Assembly (NCBI RefSeq): GCF_011386835.1
Contig: NC_088807.1
Location: 24,738,001-24,802,000 of the forward strand
Reading direction: 5' to 3'
Length of the DNA: 64,000 nucleotides
Source: Chrysemys picta bellii
Taxonomy: Eukaryota
Positions within the stretch are counted from its first letter, which is position 1; the number at the start of each line of letters is the position of its first letter. The notes beneath the pieces were generated by a model, which was given only the letters and a program-made list of their open reading frames with translations, was not told where the DNA came from and made no database searches. The position numbers and the translations under genes are program-made. Below, piece after piece: positions 22,401 to 48,978 of this stretch.

Positions 22401-25400
22401 AACAGGTGGGGAGGAGCCCGGCGGGGGCGGGGCTGGGAACAGGTGGGGGAGGAGTCAGGCGGGGGCGGGGCTGGGAGCAGGTGGGGGAGGAGCCAGGCGG
22501 GAGGCACCATGGGGGTATCTGGGGACTTAGCTGGACCCTCCCCCCCCAGGTGATCTTCGAGCTGATGCAGGGGGAGCAGCAACTGGTGGACGATTTGAAC
22601 CTGGTGAAAAAGGTACCTCCCCCCCCCTTAGATGAGGGGCGCTGGGGGGTGGGGTCCCAGCGGGGGAAGTGGGGATCTCAGCAGGGGGGTGTTGCGCAGC
22701 GGGGGACTCGACGGGGGGCAGCAGGGGGCTGGGGGGGGAATTGGGGGGCTCAGTAGGGGGTGCTGTGTAGCAGGGGGTTGGGGGCAGCTGGGGGCTCAGC
22801 AGGGGGTAGTGGGGGGTTGCTGGAGGTAGTGGGGGGTGCTGTGCTGTGGGGGGATTTGGGGGGGCTGCGGGGGGACTTGGGGGGCTGTGGGGGTGCTGTG
22901 CTGTGGGGGGATTTGGGGGGCTGTCGGGGGCGCTGTGCTGTGGGGGGAATTGGAAGGGCTGCGGGGGGATTTGGGGGGCTGTGGGGGGCGCTGTGCTGTG
23001 GGGGGCGCTGTGCTGCGGGGGGATTTGGGGGTGCTGCGGGGGGACTTGGGGGGGCTGCGGGGGGCGCTCTCACCCCCTGCCCCTTGCAGAACTACTACGA
23101 GCCGATGCTGACGCTGGCCATCCTGCCCGAGGCCGAGCTGCGCGAGATCTTCGGGACCCTGGATTCCCTGGCCCCGCTGCACGAAGGTACAGCCTAGGGG
23201 GAGACTCCCTGCCCCATGGATGGGGGGAGGGTGGGAGCCCACTTTGCTGCTATTCCCCCCCCCCGCACTGGCGCCCCCTGCAGCAGGCTGCTCCCCCTAC
23301 AACTCCTGGATTTTGGCCAGCGGGAAGCGCAGCTCCCTGCCCGGGGGGGACAGGGGTGATCCCTGCACTGACCCACCCCCCCCCTTTTGCAGACTTGCTG
23401 GGGCGGCTGATGGGTCTGAGGCAGGAGGACGGGACGGTGCCTGAGCTGGGACCCACCCTGCTGGACTGGGTAAGGGCCGGGGTGGGAGGCTGGGGTCAAT
23501 GGGGGGAGGCTGACATCTATGGGGCTGGGGATGTTAGGAGGGGGGAGCAGGGGGTTGGGGGAGGAGCTATGGGGAGGGGGATGGGCATGGTGGGCTGAGG
23601 GGAAGGACAAGGGGGCTGGGAGGAAGGAAGTGGGGAATACTTGGGGGGCAGGGGCTTGGGGGGGATGGGCAGGAGGGAATGAGGGAGGGGTTGGGGACCA
23701 GGAATGGGGAGATCTGAGGAGGGCAGGACCCCCCAGGGGGGAGAAGAGGGTGGGGCGAGGGGTTTCCCCCTGGCTGGGCAGTGGGGCGCTGTCTAGTGTG
23801 GGGGGAGGGGGAGGTGTAACAGGACACCCCAGCTCAGCCTGGGGACCCCTGGCCTGGTGCGTGTGGGTGCCAGGAACGGGGAACCCCCAGAGCACAGGCC
23901 GTGACTGGCTCCCTGTCCCGTCCCCCCCCCCCGCAGCTGCCCAGGTTGCAGGCCTACGAACCCTACTGCTGCCACCAGGTGTGGGCCAAGGCGCGGCTGG
24001 ACAGCCGGAAGCGGGAGCCGGCCGTGGGGGAATTCCTGCGCCTCTGCCAGGAGTCGGCCTTCAGCCGCAAGCTGGAGCTGTGGAGTTTCCTGGACCTGCC
24101 CCGCAGCCGCCTGGTCAAGTACCCGCTGCTGCTGCGGGAGGTGCTGCGCCAGACGCCCCCCGAGCACCCCGACCACGGGGCCCTGCAGCGGGCGGTGAGA
24201 GGGAGGGCTAAGGCCACAAGGGGGGGGAGGGGGGGCAGAGGGTCCCCGTGCTCCCCGCAGGGAGGGGGTGGGCACCGTGGGGGGGGGGGCAGAGGGTCCC
24301 CATGTGCCTGCAGGGAGGGGGTGGGCACTGTGGGGGGGGGGCAGAGGGTCCCCAGGTGCCCTGCAGGGAGGGGGTGGGGACCGTGGGGGGGCAGAAGGTC
24401 CCCATGTGCCTGCAGGGAGGGGGTGGGCACTGTGGGGGGGCAGAGGGTCCCCATGCTCCCCGCAGGGAGGGGGTGAGCCCCATGGGGGGGCAGAGAGTCC
24501 CCATGTGTCTGTAGGGAGGGGGTGAGCCCCATGGGGGGGCAGAGGGTCCCCGTGCACCCCGCAGGGAGGGGTGGGCCCTGTGGGGGGGCAGAGGGTCCCC
24601 GTGCACCCTGTAGGGAGGGGGTGGGCACCGTAGGGGGGCAGAGGGTCCCCGTGCACCCCGCAGGGAGGGGTGGGCCCCGTGGGGAGGACAGAGGGTTCCC
24701 GAGCCCCCCCGCAGAGACAGGCGAGGACCCTGCTGACCTGTGACCCGGGGCGGGGGGGCAGGTGGCGCTGGCCCAGGACCTGGTGGGGCTGATCAACAGG
24801 AAGACGGGGGAGGCCGAGTGCCGCTACTACCAGCAACGGCTGAGCTACCCTGATGGGGGCCCCCGGCACCCCGGCATCGACCGCTCCAGCCTGCTGCTCT
24901 GCCACGGCGAACTCCGCAACAGCAAGGGGCAGGTACCGGCCTCCCTCCCCACAGCCAGGGCTGGGCGCTAGGGGGCACCGTGCCGCAGGGAGCCGGGCGG
25001 GGGGCTGGGCGTTGGAGTGGCTGGGGGGCGGAGGCTGGGCAATGGGAGGTGCTGGGGGGCAGGGGCCTGGGGGGTGCTGGGGGGCAGGGGCCTGGGGGGT
25101 GCCGGGGGGCAGGGGCCTGGCACTGGGGGGCGGAGGCTGGGCACTGGTGGGTGCCGGGGGGCAGGGGCCGGGCACTGGGGGGTGCCGGGGGGCAGTGGCC
25201 AGGCACTGGAGGGTGGAGGCCGGGCACTGGGGGATGCCGGGGGGCAGGGGCCAGGCACTGGAGGGTGGAGGCCGGGCACTGGGGGATGCCGGGGGGCAGG
25301 GGCTGGGCACTGGGGTTGCCATAGGGTGGGGCCCTGCAGGGGGTTGGTGGGCGGGGGCTGGGCATTGGGGGGTGCCAGGGGGTGGGGACACTATCTCTGA

Positions 25401-26205
25401 GTTCGGTTTACAGCGCTTGAACCCAGGAGTCCTGGCTCCAAGCCCCTCCCTGCTCGTTCTAACCACTAGGCCCCACTCCCCTGCCGGAGCTGGGGCAAGA
25501 ACTCAGGTGTCCTGACCCCCCTCCCCTCCCGGCAGAGGCTGCACGTGTTCCTGTTCCAGGAGGCGCTGGTGCTGACCCGGCCCGTCCTGCAGGGCCAGCA
25601 CGTCGTCTTCCAGGTCCAGGGGCCTCCCCTGCCCGTCGGCCAGCTGGAGGTGCAGGACCTGCCTGACGGGGGGCCCCGGCTCGGGGGGGCCCTGCGCGAG
25701 CGCGGTAGGTGCCCCCCATGTCAGCTGGGATTCCCCTGGCAACCCTCCCTTTGCTCCCCCACCCCGTGCAACCTCCACGCCCCCACTGGGATCCCTGCCC
25801 CCCCGGTTCACGTCGGCTGCTGGAGATGGTTGGGGGGGGTCAGCTGGGGGGGGGACTGGCTGGGGGGGGGAAGCGGGGGACAGTCTGGCTGGGATGGCGA
25901 GGCCCGGTGATGGGGCAGGCTGGGTGATGGGGCAGGTGGGCTGGCTGGGATGGGGGGGGCCAGGCCGGTAGCGGATTCCCCCCCCCCCGTTTGACCCCCT
26001 CCTCCCCCCAGCCAGGAGCTGCCTGCGGGTCAGCGCCGGGGCCCAGGCCCACACGCTGCAGGCGGCCGACGCCTTCGACAAGCAGCAGTGGTTGAGCCGC
26101 CTGCGTCAGGCCCTGGCCGCCCGCCCCCCCCCGGAGCTCGAGTGCAGCCTGGGGCCCCTGGCTGCCCTGCGCCTGGACTGCGACCCCCCCATGGACCACA
26201 CCTGA
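13442..26205 (+). CDS. ARHGEF3/NET1-like DH-PH RhoGEF, about 483 aa
   Basis: Exons 13442-13476, 14046-14103, 15717-15788, 21633-21737, 21957-22109, 22550-22612, 23090-23186, 23393-23469, 23937-24194, 24762-24932, 25536-25704, 26012-26205; 1452 nt, in frame. Motifs KRVKP, TPLKR, SKLWSETFD, KRQEVIFEL, FSRKLELWSFLDLPRSRLVKYPLLLRE, KTGEAECRYY, CHGELRN, LHVFLFQE, KQQWL. The first two exons are less certain. Confidence 0.92.
14150..15675. repeat. 124-bp G-rich composite satellite (intron)
   Basis: Repeated ORF starts at 14572, 14696, 14820 give a 124-bp period. Confidence 0.9.
16270..17425. repeat. 72-bp G-rich satellite, about 15 copies (intron)
   Basis: 24-aa periodic ORF unit GRGDTAGLGWQGLRVGSEGHRQTG. 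Confidence 0.93.
18044..18061 (+). other. Primer binding site for tRNA-Leu(AAG/TAG type)
   Basis: TGGTGGCAGCGGTGGGAT is the exact complement of the tRNA-Leu 3' end ATCCCACCGCTGCCA-CCA; starts 2 nt after the LTR. Confidence 0.92.
18382..21069 (+). CDS. Gag(SCAN, CCHC)-protease-integrase Zn-finger ORF, truncated before integrase core and RT
   Basis: SAP/LEM-like N-terminus, coiled coil, SCAN-like LLVLEQLYERCPSDLRLWL, CYYCGRKGHVRAQC knuckle, DTGA protease, HDIPLSGH...CRSCDPC integrase zinc finger; no YxDD or DDE motifs seen. Confidence 0.9.
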   Translation: MYAKRLKSDLVELCKQRRLRIGRLTKEQLIAQLEAEDRANEPIPVSQGSSLANAAQAPVSVPAGSGQPAAEGFPRPLLPMPRGRVGRSPANTEGAVAPPASRGPSRRSSPASRGSSRRRSASGERNWLEWEKELKLRELEDREQQRQHEERQRQHEREEKERQRQENERQHQRELELVRLKGSEPPAAVSDGGPRTARSFDKCIMAPYKEGEDMDDFLEAFETACELHRVDPADRLRVLTPLLDPKSVALYRQLGEAEKGDYELFKKALLREFGLTPEMYRGRFRSQDKTPEISYLQLAVRMERYASKWAGGAQTKEDLIKLLVLEQLYERCPSDLRLWLVDRKPENPRHAGQLADEFVKSRSGGGREEPQRNRPAAMQREIHPGTSQRGNMGNPLPRGMPSVRDNQPARGDPQDMSCYYCGRKGHVRAQCPKLKDRLSRPNPHRVNLVEAQTDEGQASHARGAGSLSTAQEREGPQASSSRGLDAPDSGFLVYTVGAGLSLRREYLVPLEVDGRKVNGYWDTGAEVTLARPEVVAPDQVVPNSYLTLTGVGGTPVKVPVARVHLKWGAKEGPKDVGVHPYLPTEVLMGGDLENWPSNPQKALVVTRSQSRRGALRPGLGGGALPEAQDPNLVGRERPGTRLREAAASDPAGEKEQVAIPVPAAEFQAELQRDPSLRKIRDLADLNAVQTMERGGRKRFLWEKGFLYREWAPPGKMESGGIRRQLVVPQKYRRQLLCRAHDIPLSGHQGTWRTQQRLLRSFYWPGVFVTVRQYCRSCDPCQRGRKAWDKGKTALGPLPSIKDPFRRVAKVKRAALNQASPKHRPPDWSAGRRPQPSWNPRGMGVGKGHRPHKPSHLRTASAIKHPRPKGARGTEGAWCNSHQGTGGMRGHPWERG

Positions 26206-26581
26206 GCCGGGGCCCCCCCGCCGCCAGCACCCGGGGTTCACCATCACGTGGAGCTGAGAGCTGAGCCGCCTGGACGCCTGGGTCCCTCCGTGACAGGCCC
26301 ACGGAGCCGAATTCATCTTTCTCCATCTCTCCCCGGACTCCTGGGTCCATCCCCCCCCCCCTGTATTTATTGCGGCCGAGGGCTATTAACCCCACGCGGG
26401 CTGCTCTCGGGCCGTCTCCCCTCCCGCGGCGGTCCTGCCCCCCCCCCAGGTTGGAAGACGAAGCTGCCCCCTGGCCACCCTGGATTGTGAGTGGGGGGCC
26501 CGGGGCTGCCCCTCTGCGGGGGGCCCTCGCGTGTCCCTGCTGCCCTGTACCCCCCCCCCGGCCTTTCTGTGACCAGCTGCC

Positions 26582-26587
26582 AATAAA
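26582..26587 (+). terminator. polyA signal of the ARHGEF3-like gene
   Basis: AATAAA about 375 nt after the stop, followed by a GT-rich tract. Confidence 0.75.
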
Positions 26588-26859
26588 CGTGTGATGGTCG
26601 CGGCCGGGCCCTGATTCCTCTGTGTCCCCCTCCCCCGTGCCGGGTAACCGGCTACTGCTGCTGCCAGCCAAGGGAGTCACCCCAGAGCTGCCCCCAGGAG
26701 TGCGGGGGGGGGAGGACTCTTGACTCTGGGCTCCCAACCCCCAGCTGTGCCCTGTCCTGGGGGAGGGGCTTAGGAGGGGGTGGAGCCACGGTGGGGGCAG
26801 GGACTGAGTCTGGCTGCAGAGGCACCAAGCCTGGGAGGGGAGGGGCTGGGTCAGGCCAG

Positions 26860-27460
26860 GGATCCTGCCTCCCGGCTGTGGCGAGAGGGCGTGGCCAGGA
26901 AGGGATCCTGCCCACAATTGGGCAGCTGTTGAGAGAGGGCGTGGCCAAGAAGGGATCCTGCCACCCAATTGGCCATCTGTGGCGAGAGGGCGTGGCCAGG
27001 CACGAACCCTGCCATCTGATTGGCCAGCTGTGGCTAGAGGGCGTGGCCAGGCAAGAACCCTGCCATCCGATTGGCCAGCTTGGGCGAGAGGGCGTGGCCA
27101 GGCAAGAACCCTGCCATCCGATTGGCCAGCTTGGGCGAGAGGGCGTGGCCAGGCAAGAACCCTGCCATCCGATTGGCCACCTGTGGAGGGCGCGGCCAGG
27201 CAGAGAGCCTGCTATTTGATTGACCAGCTGTGAAGGGAGGGCGTGGCCAGGAGTGAGCCTGCCAGCTGATTGGCCAACCACTACTAAGGGGCGTGGCTTG
27301 AGGAATCGCCTTAGCTCGCAGAGGGTGGAAGGGGGAGGGTTTTACAACATGCCTCATGATCTGATTGGTCCGTGATGGCGACACGCTGGGCCCTGACTGG
27401 CGAGGGGGCGGGGCCTGATGCGAAAGCTGCTCTGTGATTGGCTGGAGGCGGGGCCGGGGC
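26860..27460 (+). promoter_or_regulatory. Promoter of the Nudix gene built on a ~51-bp tandem repeat
   Basis: Unit gagagggcgtggccaggcaagaaccctgccatccgattggccagcttgggc, each with ATTGG and GGGCGTGGC; further CCAAT and GC boxes up to the ATG. Confidence 0.7.
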
Positions 27461-27470
27461 CGGGGGTGTC

Positions 27471-30400
27471 ATGGCGGCTGCCGCCTGGTCCGAGCGGGTC
27501 CGAGAGCTGCTGAAGCGGATGAACAACTTCCAGGAGCCCGGTGCGGGGGCGGGGCCTAGCCGGGGGCGGGAATCTACCGGGGGGGGGGAGTGTCCATGGT
27601 AACCGGCTCCTAAAGGCAGCGCCTGCTGCAATCGGCCGACACAAAATGGGGCACCGGCCACCCCTTTAATTCTTAAAGGGGAGGTGAGCGGGGGGAGTCA
27701 GCCGACAGACAATACCGGCTGCTGGCCTTTAATTCTTAAAGGGGAGGTGAGCGGGGGGGGAGTCAGCCGACAGATAATACCGGCGGGGAAGGAATTAGCC
27801 GACGGGAATGGCGGGGACTCGCTCACGTGCTTCGCTCCTTAAAGGCGCAGGGCGGGAATTCACTCCCCCGACAGGGACTGCAATTAAAGGGATGAGCCAT
27901 CGCTCTTTAAAGGCGCAGGGCGGGGAGCTGGGAGGCTTGTGACCCCTTTAACTGTTAAAGGGGCAGGATTTAGTGGGGGGAGGGACCCACAGCTAATTAA
28001 AGGGACAGGTGGGGGCACTGGGCCGCAGGGGGCTCTGAGGTGCAGGAGGTCAGTGGGGCGGGGGGCACTGGGGTGCAGGGAGCGGGCAGGGGGCTCAGAG
28101 GCGCAGGGGTTTGGTGGGGCGGGGGGCTCTGAGGCGCAGGGGTTTGGTGGGGCGGGGGGCTCTGAGGTGCAGGAGGTCAGTGGGGCGGGGGGCACTGGGG
28201 TGCAGGGCGGGGGCAGGGGGCTCTGAGGTGCAGGGGTTTGTGGGGCGGGGGGCTCTGAGGTGCAGGAGGTCAGTGGGGCGGGGGGCACTGGGGTGCAGGG
28301 AGCGGGCAGGGGGCTCTGAGGCGCAGGAGGTCGGGGGGGCGGGGGGCACTGGGGTGCAGGGCGGGGGCAGGGGGCTCAGAGGCGCAGGAGGTCGGTGGGG
28401 CGGGGGGCACTGGGGTGCAGGGCGGGGGCAGGGGGCTCAGAGGCGCAGGGGTTTGGTGGGGCGGGGGGCTCTGAGGCGCAGGGAGCGGGCAGGGGGCTCA
28501 GACGTGCAGGGATTTGGTGGAGCGGGGGCACTGGGGTGCAGGGAGCGGGCAGGGGGCTCTGAGGCGCAGGAGGTCGGGGGGGCACTGGGCGGCAGGGAGC
28601 GGGCAGGGGGCTGAGAGGCGCAGGGGGCGGGGGGCACTGGGCGGCAGGGAGCGGGCAGGGGGCTGAGAGGCGCAGGGGGCGGGGGGCACTGGGCGGCAGG
28701 GAGCGGGCAGGGGGCTGAGAGGCGCAGGGGGCGGGGGGCACTGGGCGGCAGGGAGCGGGCAGGGGGCTGAGAGGCGCAGGGGGCGGGGGCACTGGGCGGC
28801 AGGGAGTGGGCAGGGGGCTGAGAGGCGCGGGGGGCACTGGGCCACAGGGAGTGGGCAGGGAGCTGAGAGGCGCGGGGGGCGGGGGGCACTGGGCTGCAGG
28901 GAGCGGGGCAGGGGGCTCTGAGGTGCAGGAGGTCGGGGGGTGGGGGGGCACTGGGCCGCGGTCAGGGGGCTCGGGGGGCGGGAGCTCTGAGCTACAGGGT
29001 GTCCGTGTGAGGGGGTCTGACCTTGGCCCTCTCCCCAGGCTCATCCCGGGACCAGTGCCTGCCGTTCCTGGTGGCTGGGCAGCGCGTGGGCTCTGTGCCC
29101 GCCCCGGTTGCCCAGAGGCTCCAGGGCTACCCGGCCGTGTTCACCGTGTGCCCCGAGCCCGGCGGGCCCGGCCGTGTCGAGCTCTGCCGGAGCTGGCATC
29201 CCACGAGCAGCGCACGGCTGCCGTGGGGCAGGTGCTCACGGAGCTGCGGGACCTGGGGGCTTTCCCCTGCCTGCGCGAATGGAGAGACGAGGTGAGAGGC
29301 CGGGCGCCCAGCACTGGGGGGAGGGGGAGTGGGGGCTAGTGGGGAGCGGGCTGGGAGCCAGGACTCCTGGGTTCTCAGCTGGGCCCCGTGTCCTTGCAGC
29401 ACTATGAGGTGATGCCCCGGTTCTGCGACCCGCCTCTGTTCAGCATGGAGCGTGCGGCCACCGGTGAGTCCTGCTGGCTGGGGGGGGTGGGGGAGGGAAG
29501 GGAGGTGCAGTGGGGAGGAGCTGAGGGCAGAGTGGGGGGGCAGGGAGGCGCTGAGTGGGTAGGGGAGGAGCTGGGGGGCAGAGTGGGGGAGTGGAATGGG
29601 GTAGGGAGGTGCAGTGGGGAGGGGCTGAGTGGGGGAGTGGAATGGGGTAGGGAGGTGCAGTGGGGAGGGCAGATAGGAGGGCGTGGGGGTGGCAGGGAGG
29701 CGCTGAGTGGGGAGGGGAGGAGCTGGGGGCGGAGTGGGGAGTGGAATGGGTAGGAGGTGCAGTGGGGAGGGGCTGAGTGGGGGAGTGGAATGGGTAGGGA
29801 GGTGCAGTGGGGAGGGCAGATAGGAGGGCGTGGGGGTGGCAGGGAGGCGCTGAGTGGGGAGGGGAGGAGCTGGGGGGCGGAGTGGGGGAGTGGAATGGGG
29901 TAGGGAGGTGCAGTGGGGAGGGGCTGAGTGGGGGAGTGGAATGGGGTAGGGAGGTGCAGTGGGGAGGGCAGATAGGAGGGCGTGGGGGTGGCAGGGAGGC
30001 GCTGAGTGGGGAGGGGAGGAGCTGGGGGGCGGAGTGGGGGAGTGGAATGGGGTAGGGAGGTGCAGTGGGGAGGGTAGATAGGAGGGTGGGGGGAGGCAGG
30101 AAGGTGGGACGGCCTGGGGGGGCCGAATGGGGAGGGGAGAAGTGACGGCCTGGGGGTGCTCGGGGGAAACCCCTCCACTGACCTTCCCCCTCCCCTCCCC
30201 AGCGCTGCTGGGGGTTCGCTGCTACGGCACCCACCTGAACGGCTACACCTGGCGCAGGGGCCGCCCCTGCATGTGGCTGGGCCGCCGCGCCCTCACCAAG
30301 CCCACCTACCCCGGCCAGCTGGACAACCTGGTGAGGGGGGCACCGCTGGGGAGGGGCACGGGGCTGGATGCAGGGGGCGGAGCACTGGGGGGAGGGGTTC

Positions 30401-32032
30401 TGTGGCAGCCGGCTGCACCCGCACCGGAGAGGCTCCGGGGGGAGGTACCACGCTGGAGGGGCCCGGGGCAAGGTACCATGCCACAGGGGCCTAGGGGGAG
30501 GTACCACGCTGGGGGGAAGGTACCACGCTGGAGGGGCCCGGGGCAAGGTACCATGCCACAGGGGCCTAGGGGGAGGTACCACGCTGGGGGGAAGGTACCA
30601 CGCTGGAGGGGACCGGGGCAAGGTACCATGCCACAGGGGCCTAGGGGGAGGTACCACGCTGGAGGGGCCCGGGGCAAGGTACCATGCCACAGGGGCCTAG
30701 GGGGAGGTACCATGTCAGAGACACCCAGGGGGAGGCACAATGCCAGAGAGGCCTGGGAGGAAGGAACCACATTAGAGAGGCCCGGGGGAGGTACCCCACG
30801 TGCAGGGCGCTGCCCTCACTCCCTGCTGTCCCCCAGGCGGCGGGGGGCATCGCGGTGGGGCTGGGGGTGACGGAGACGCTGGTGAAGGAGTGCCAGGAGG
30901 AGGCCTGCATCCCCCCCGCGCTGGCAGCCCAGGCCCGGCCCGTGGGCACCATCAGGTAACTCGGGGTGGGGGGGTCACCCTCTCTAACCCCCCCCTCTAA
31001 CCCCCCTTTCCTCTCTGCTCTGACCCACCCCAGCCCCTAGATCTGCCAGGTCAGCATCACCATGTGGCCAAGAGGAGAACTGCATCTGCAGGGGGCTGAG
31101 CCCAGCACCATGGGGGTGGAAACCAGGCAGGGTCCAATGGGGAGCCGCTCTCCCCCTCCAGCACCCACCCTGCTGACCCCCTCTCCCCTCCCCCTAGCTA
31201 CACCTATGAAGACCATCGGGGCATCTTCCCCGAGTGCCAGTTTGTCTTCGACCTGGAGCTGCCCGAGGAGTTCGAGCCCCACGTGGGCGATGGGGAGATG
31301 CAGGAGTTTTACCTGTTGGGCCTCGATGAGGTGAGCGGTGGGCAGGGGGCGCTCTCCCTTGCCAGTCAGGGCCAGGTGCTGTGGGGCACCGTGCTGTGGG
31401 GCAAAGTGCTCAGTAGGGGGCACTTCCCCCTGGCAGGCTGGGCACTGGGGGGCACCGTGCTGCAGGGAGGGGGTCAGGGGCACCCGGCCAGGCAGTTAGC
31501 GCTGCCGCTCCTGCCCTGCCCTGCCCCACCCCGAGGGAGGTTGCGTTGGTTATCGCCCATGGCGACAGCCCATGACCATACACTTCTTAGGGAGCGCCAG
31601 GCACCGTTATGTGTGGCTGTTTCCCAGCTGCTCCGCTCCAGAGGTGGCTGCTTCTCCATGGAAGGCCAGACAGCCGCCCGCCCACAGCTGGTCTCTCTCC
31701 CGCAGGTGAAGGACGCCATCGCGTCAGGTGACTTCAAACCCAACTGTGCGCTGGTCGCCCTGGATTTCCTCATCCGGCACGGCCACCTCCAGCCTGATCA
31801 TGGTGAGGGGACAGCCCCGAGCTCGGCTAGCAGGGGCTGCGGGTCAGAAGTAGGGGCACCAGCTGAGCTGGGGGAGGCACAGGGGCTACAGGTCGGGAGT
31901 GAGGGGCACGGGCAGGGCGGAGCCAGGGGCTGGGGGGTGGGAGTGGGGCTTCGCACCAGCCTCTCACCCCCTGTTCTCCCCACAGAGCCCCACTACGCCG
32001 AGCTGGTCGAGGGGCTGCACCGGAGCAGGTGA
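27471..32032 (+). CDS. Nudix hydrolase of the YJR142W/Tnr3-N/plant NUDT20 type (DUF4743-like + Nudix), about 303 aa if one frameshift is corrected
   Basis: Exons 27471-27540, 29039-29291, 29400-29463, 30203-30330, 30837-30955, 31198-31330, 31706-31802, 31986-32032; 911 nt, one short of a multiple of 3. Motifs WRDE, MERAA, GxHLNGY, WxxRRxxxKPTYPGQLDN, AGG...KECQEEA, FDLELP, GDGE, FKPNC. AATAAA at 32150. Confidence 0.85.
28000..28960. repeat. G-rich intronic satellite (Nudix intron 1)
   Basis: Reiterated ggcagggggctctgaggcgcagg/gggggcactggg units. Confidence 0.85.
29480..30110. repeat. Purine-rich intronic satellite
   Basis: Reiterated gggagtggaatggggtagggaggtgcagtgggg units. Confidence 0.85.
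30440..30710. repeat. 75-bp satellite containing several GGTACC palindromes
   Basis: 25-aa periodic ORF unit AWYLPPSVVPPPRPLWHGTLPRAPP. Confidence 0.85.
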
Positions 32033-32204
32033 GACGTCGCCGCTCGTCTCCACTTCTGCTGCCCCTACCCAGCGACCCCCGCTCCTGTGATAAGGGTGCC
32101 AGGACACAGGGCCCCACCCCTCTGCACCCCGCCCCCCGGCACCTGCCTGAATAAATCCTCAAACCCTCAGCTGCTGTGTGCGTCTGGCTCTGGGGGGGCG
32201 CAGC

Positions 32205-32670
32205 TCACACACCGCAGGGCCCGTCCCCTCCAGCAGGGGGCGCAGGGCCCATCTCCTCCAGCAGGGGGCGCTGGACACACACAGGGCGCAGGGCCCGTCC
32301 CCTCCAGCAGGGGGCGCAGGGACCCACACAGAGCGCAGGGCCCGTCTCCTCCAGCAGGGGGCGCAGGGACCCACACAGAGCGCAGGGCCCGTCTCCTCCA
32401 GCAGGGGGCGCAGGGATACATAGGGTGCAGGGACCCACACAGCGCAGGGCCCATCTCCTCCAGCAGGGGGTGCTGGACACACACAGCGCAGGGCCTGTCC
32501 CCTCCAGCAGGGGGCGCAGGGACACACACACAGAGCGCAGGGCCCGTCTCCTCCAGCAGGGGGCGCAAGGACACACACACACAGCGCAGGGCCTGTCCCC
32601 TCCAGCAGGGGGCGCAGGGACCCACACAGCGCAGGGCCCATCCCCTCCAGCAGGGGGCGCAGGGACACAC
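32205..32670. repeat. ~47-bp minisatellite between the convergent 3' ends of the Nudix gene and RBM10
   Basis: Unit ccagcagggggcgcagggacccacacagagcgcagggcccgtctcct. Confidence 0.9.
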
Positions 32671-32742
32671 AGTCATTTTTCTCCTTTAATTAAAAAAAAG
32701 TTCATGGTGCCCCCTGCAGGGGAAGTCTCGAGGGGTGGGGCC

Positions 32743-48978
<16,236 letters not shown>

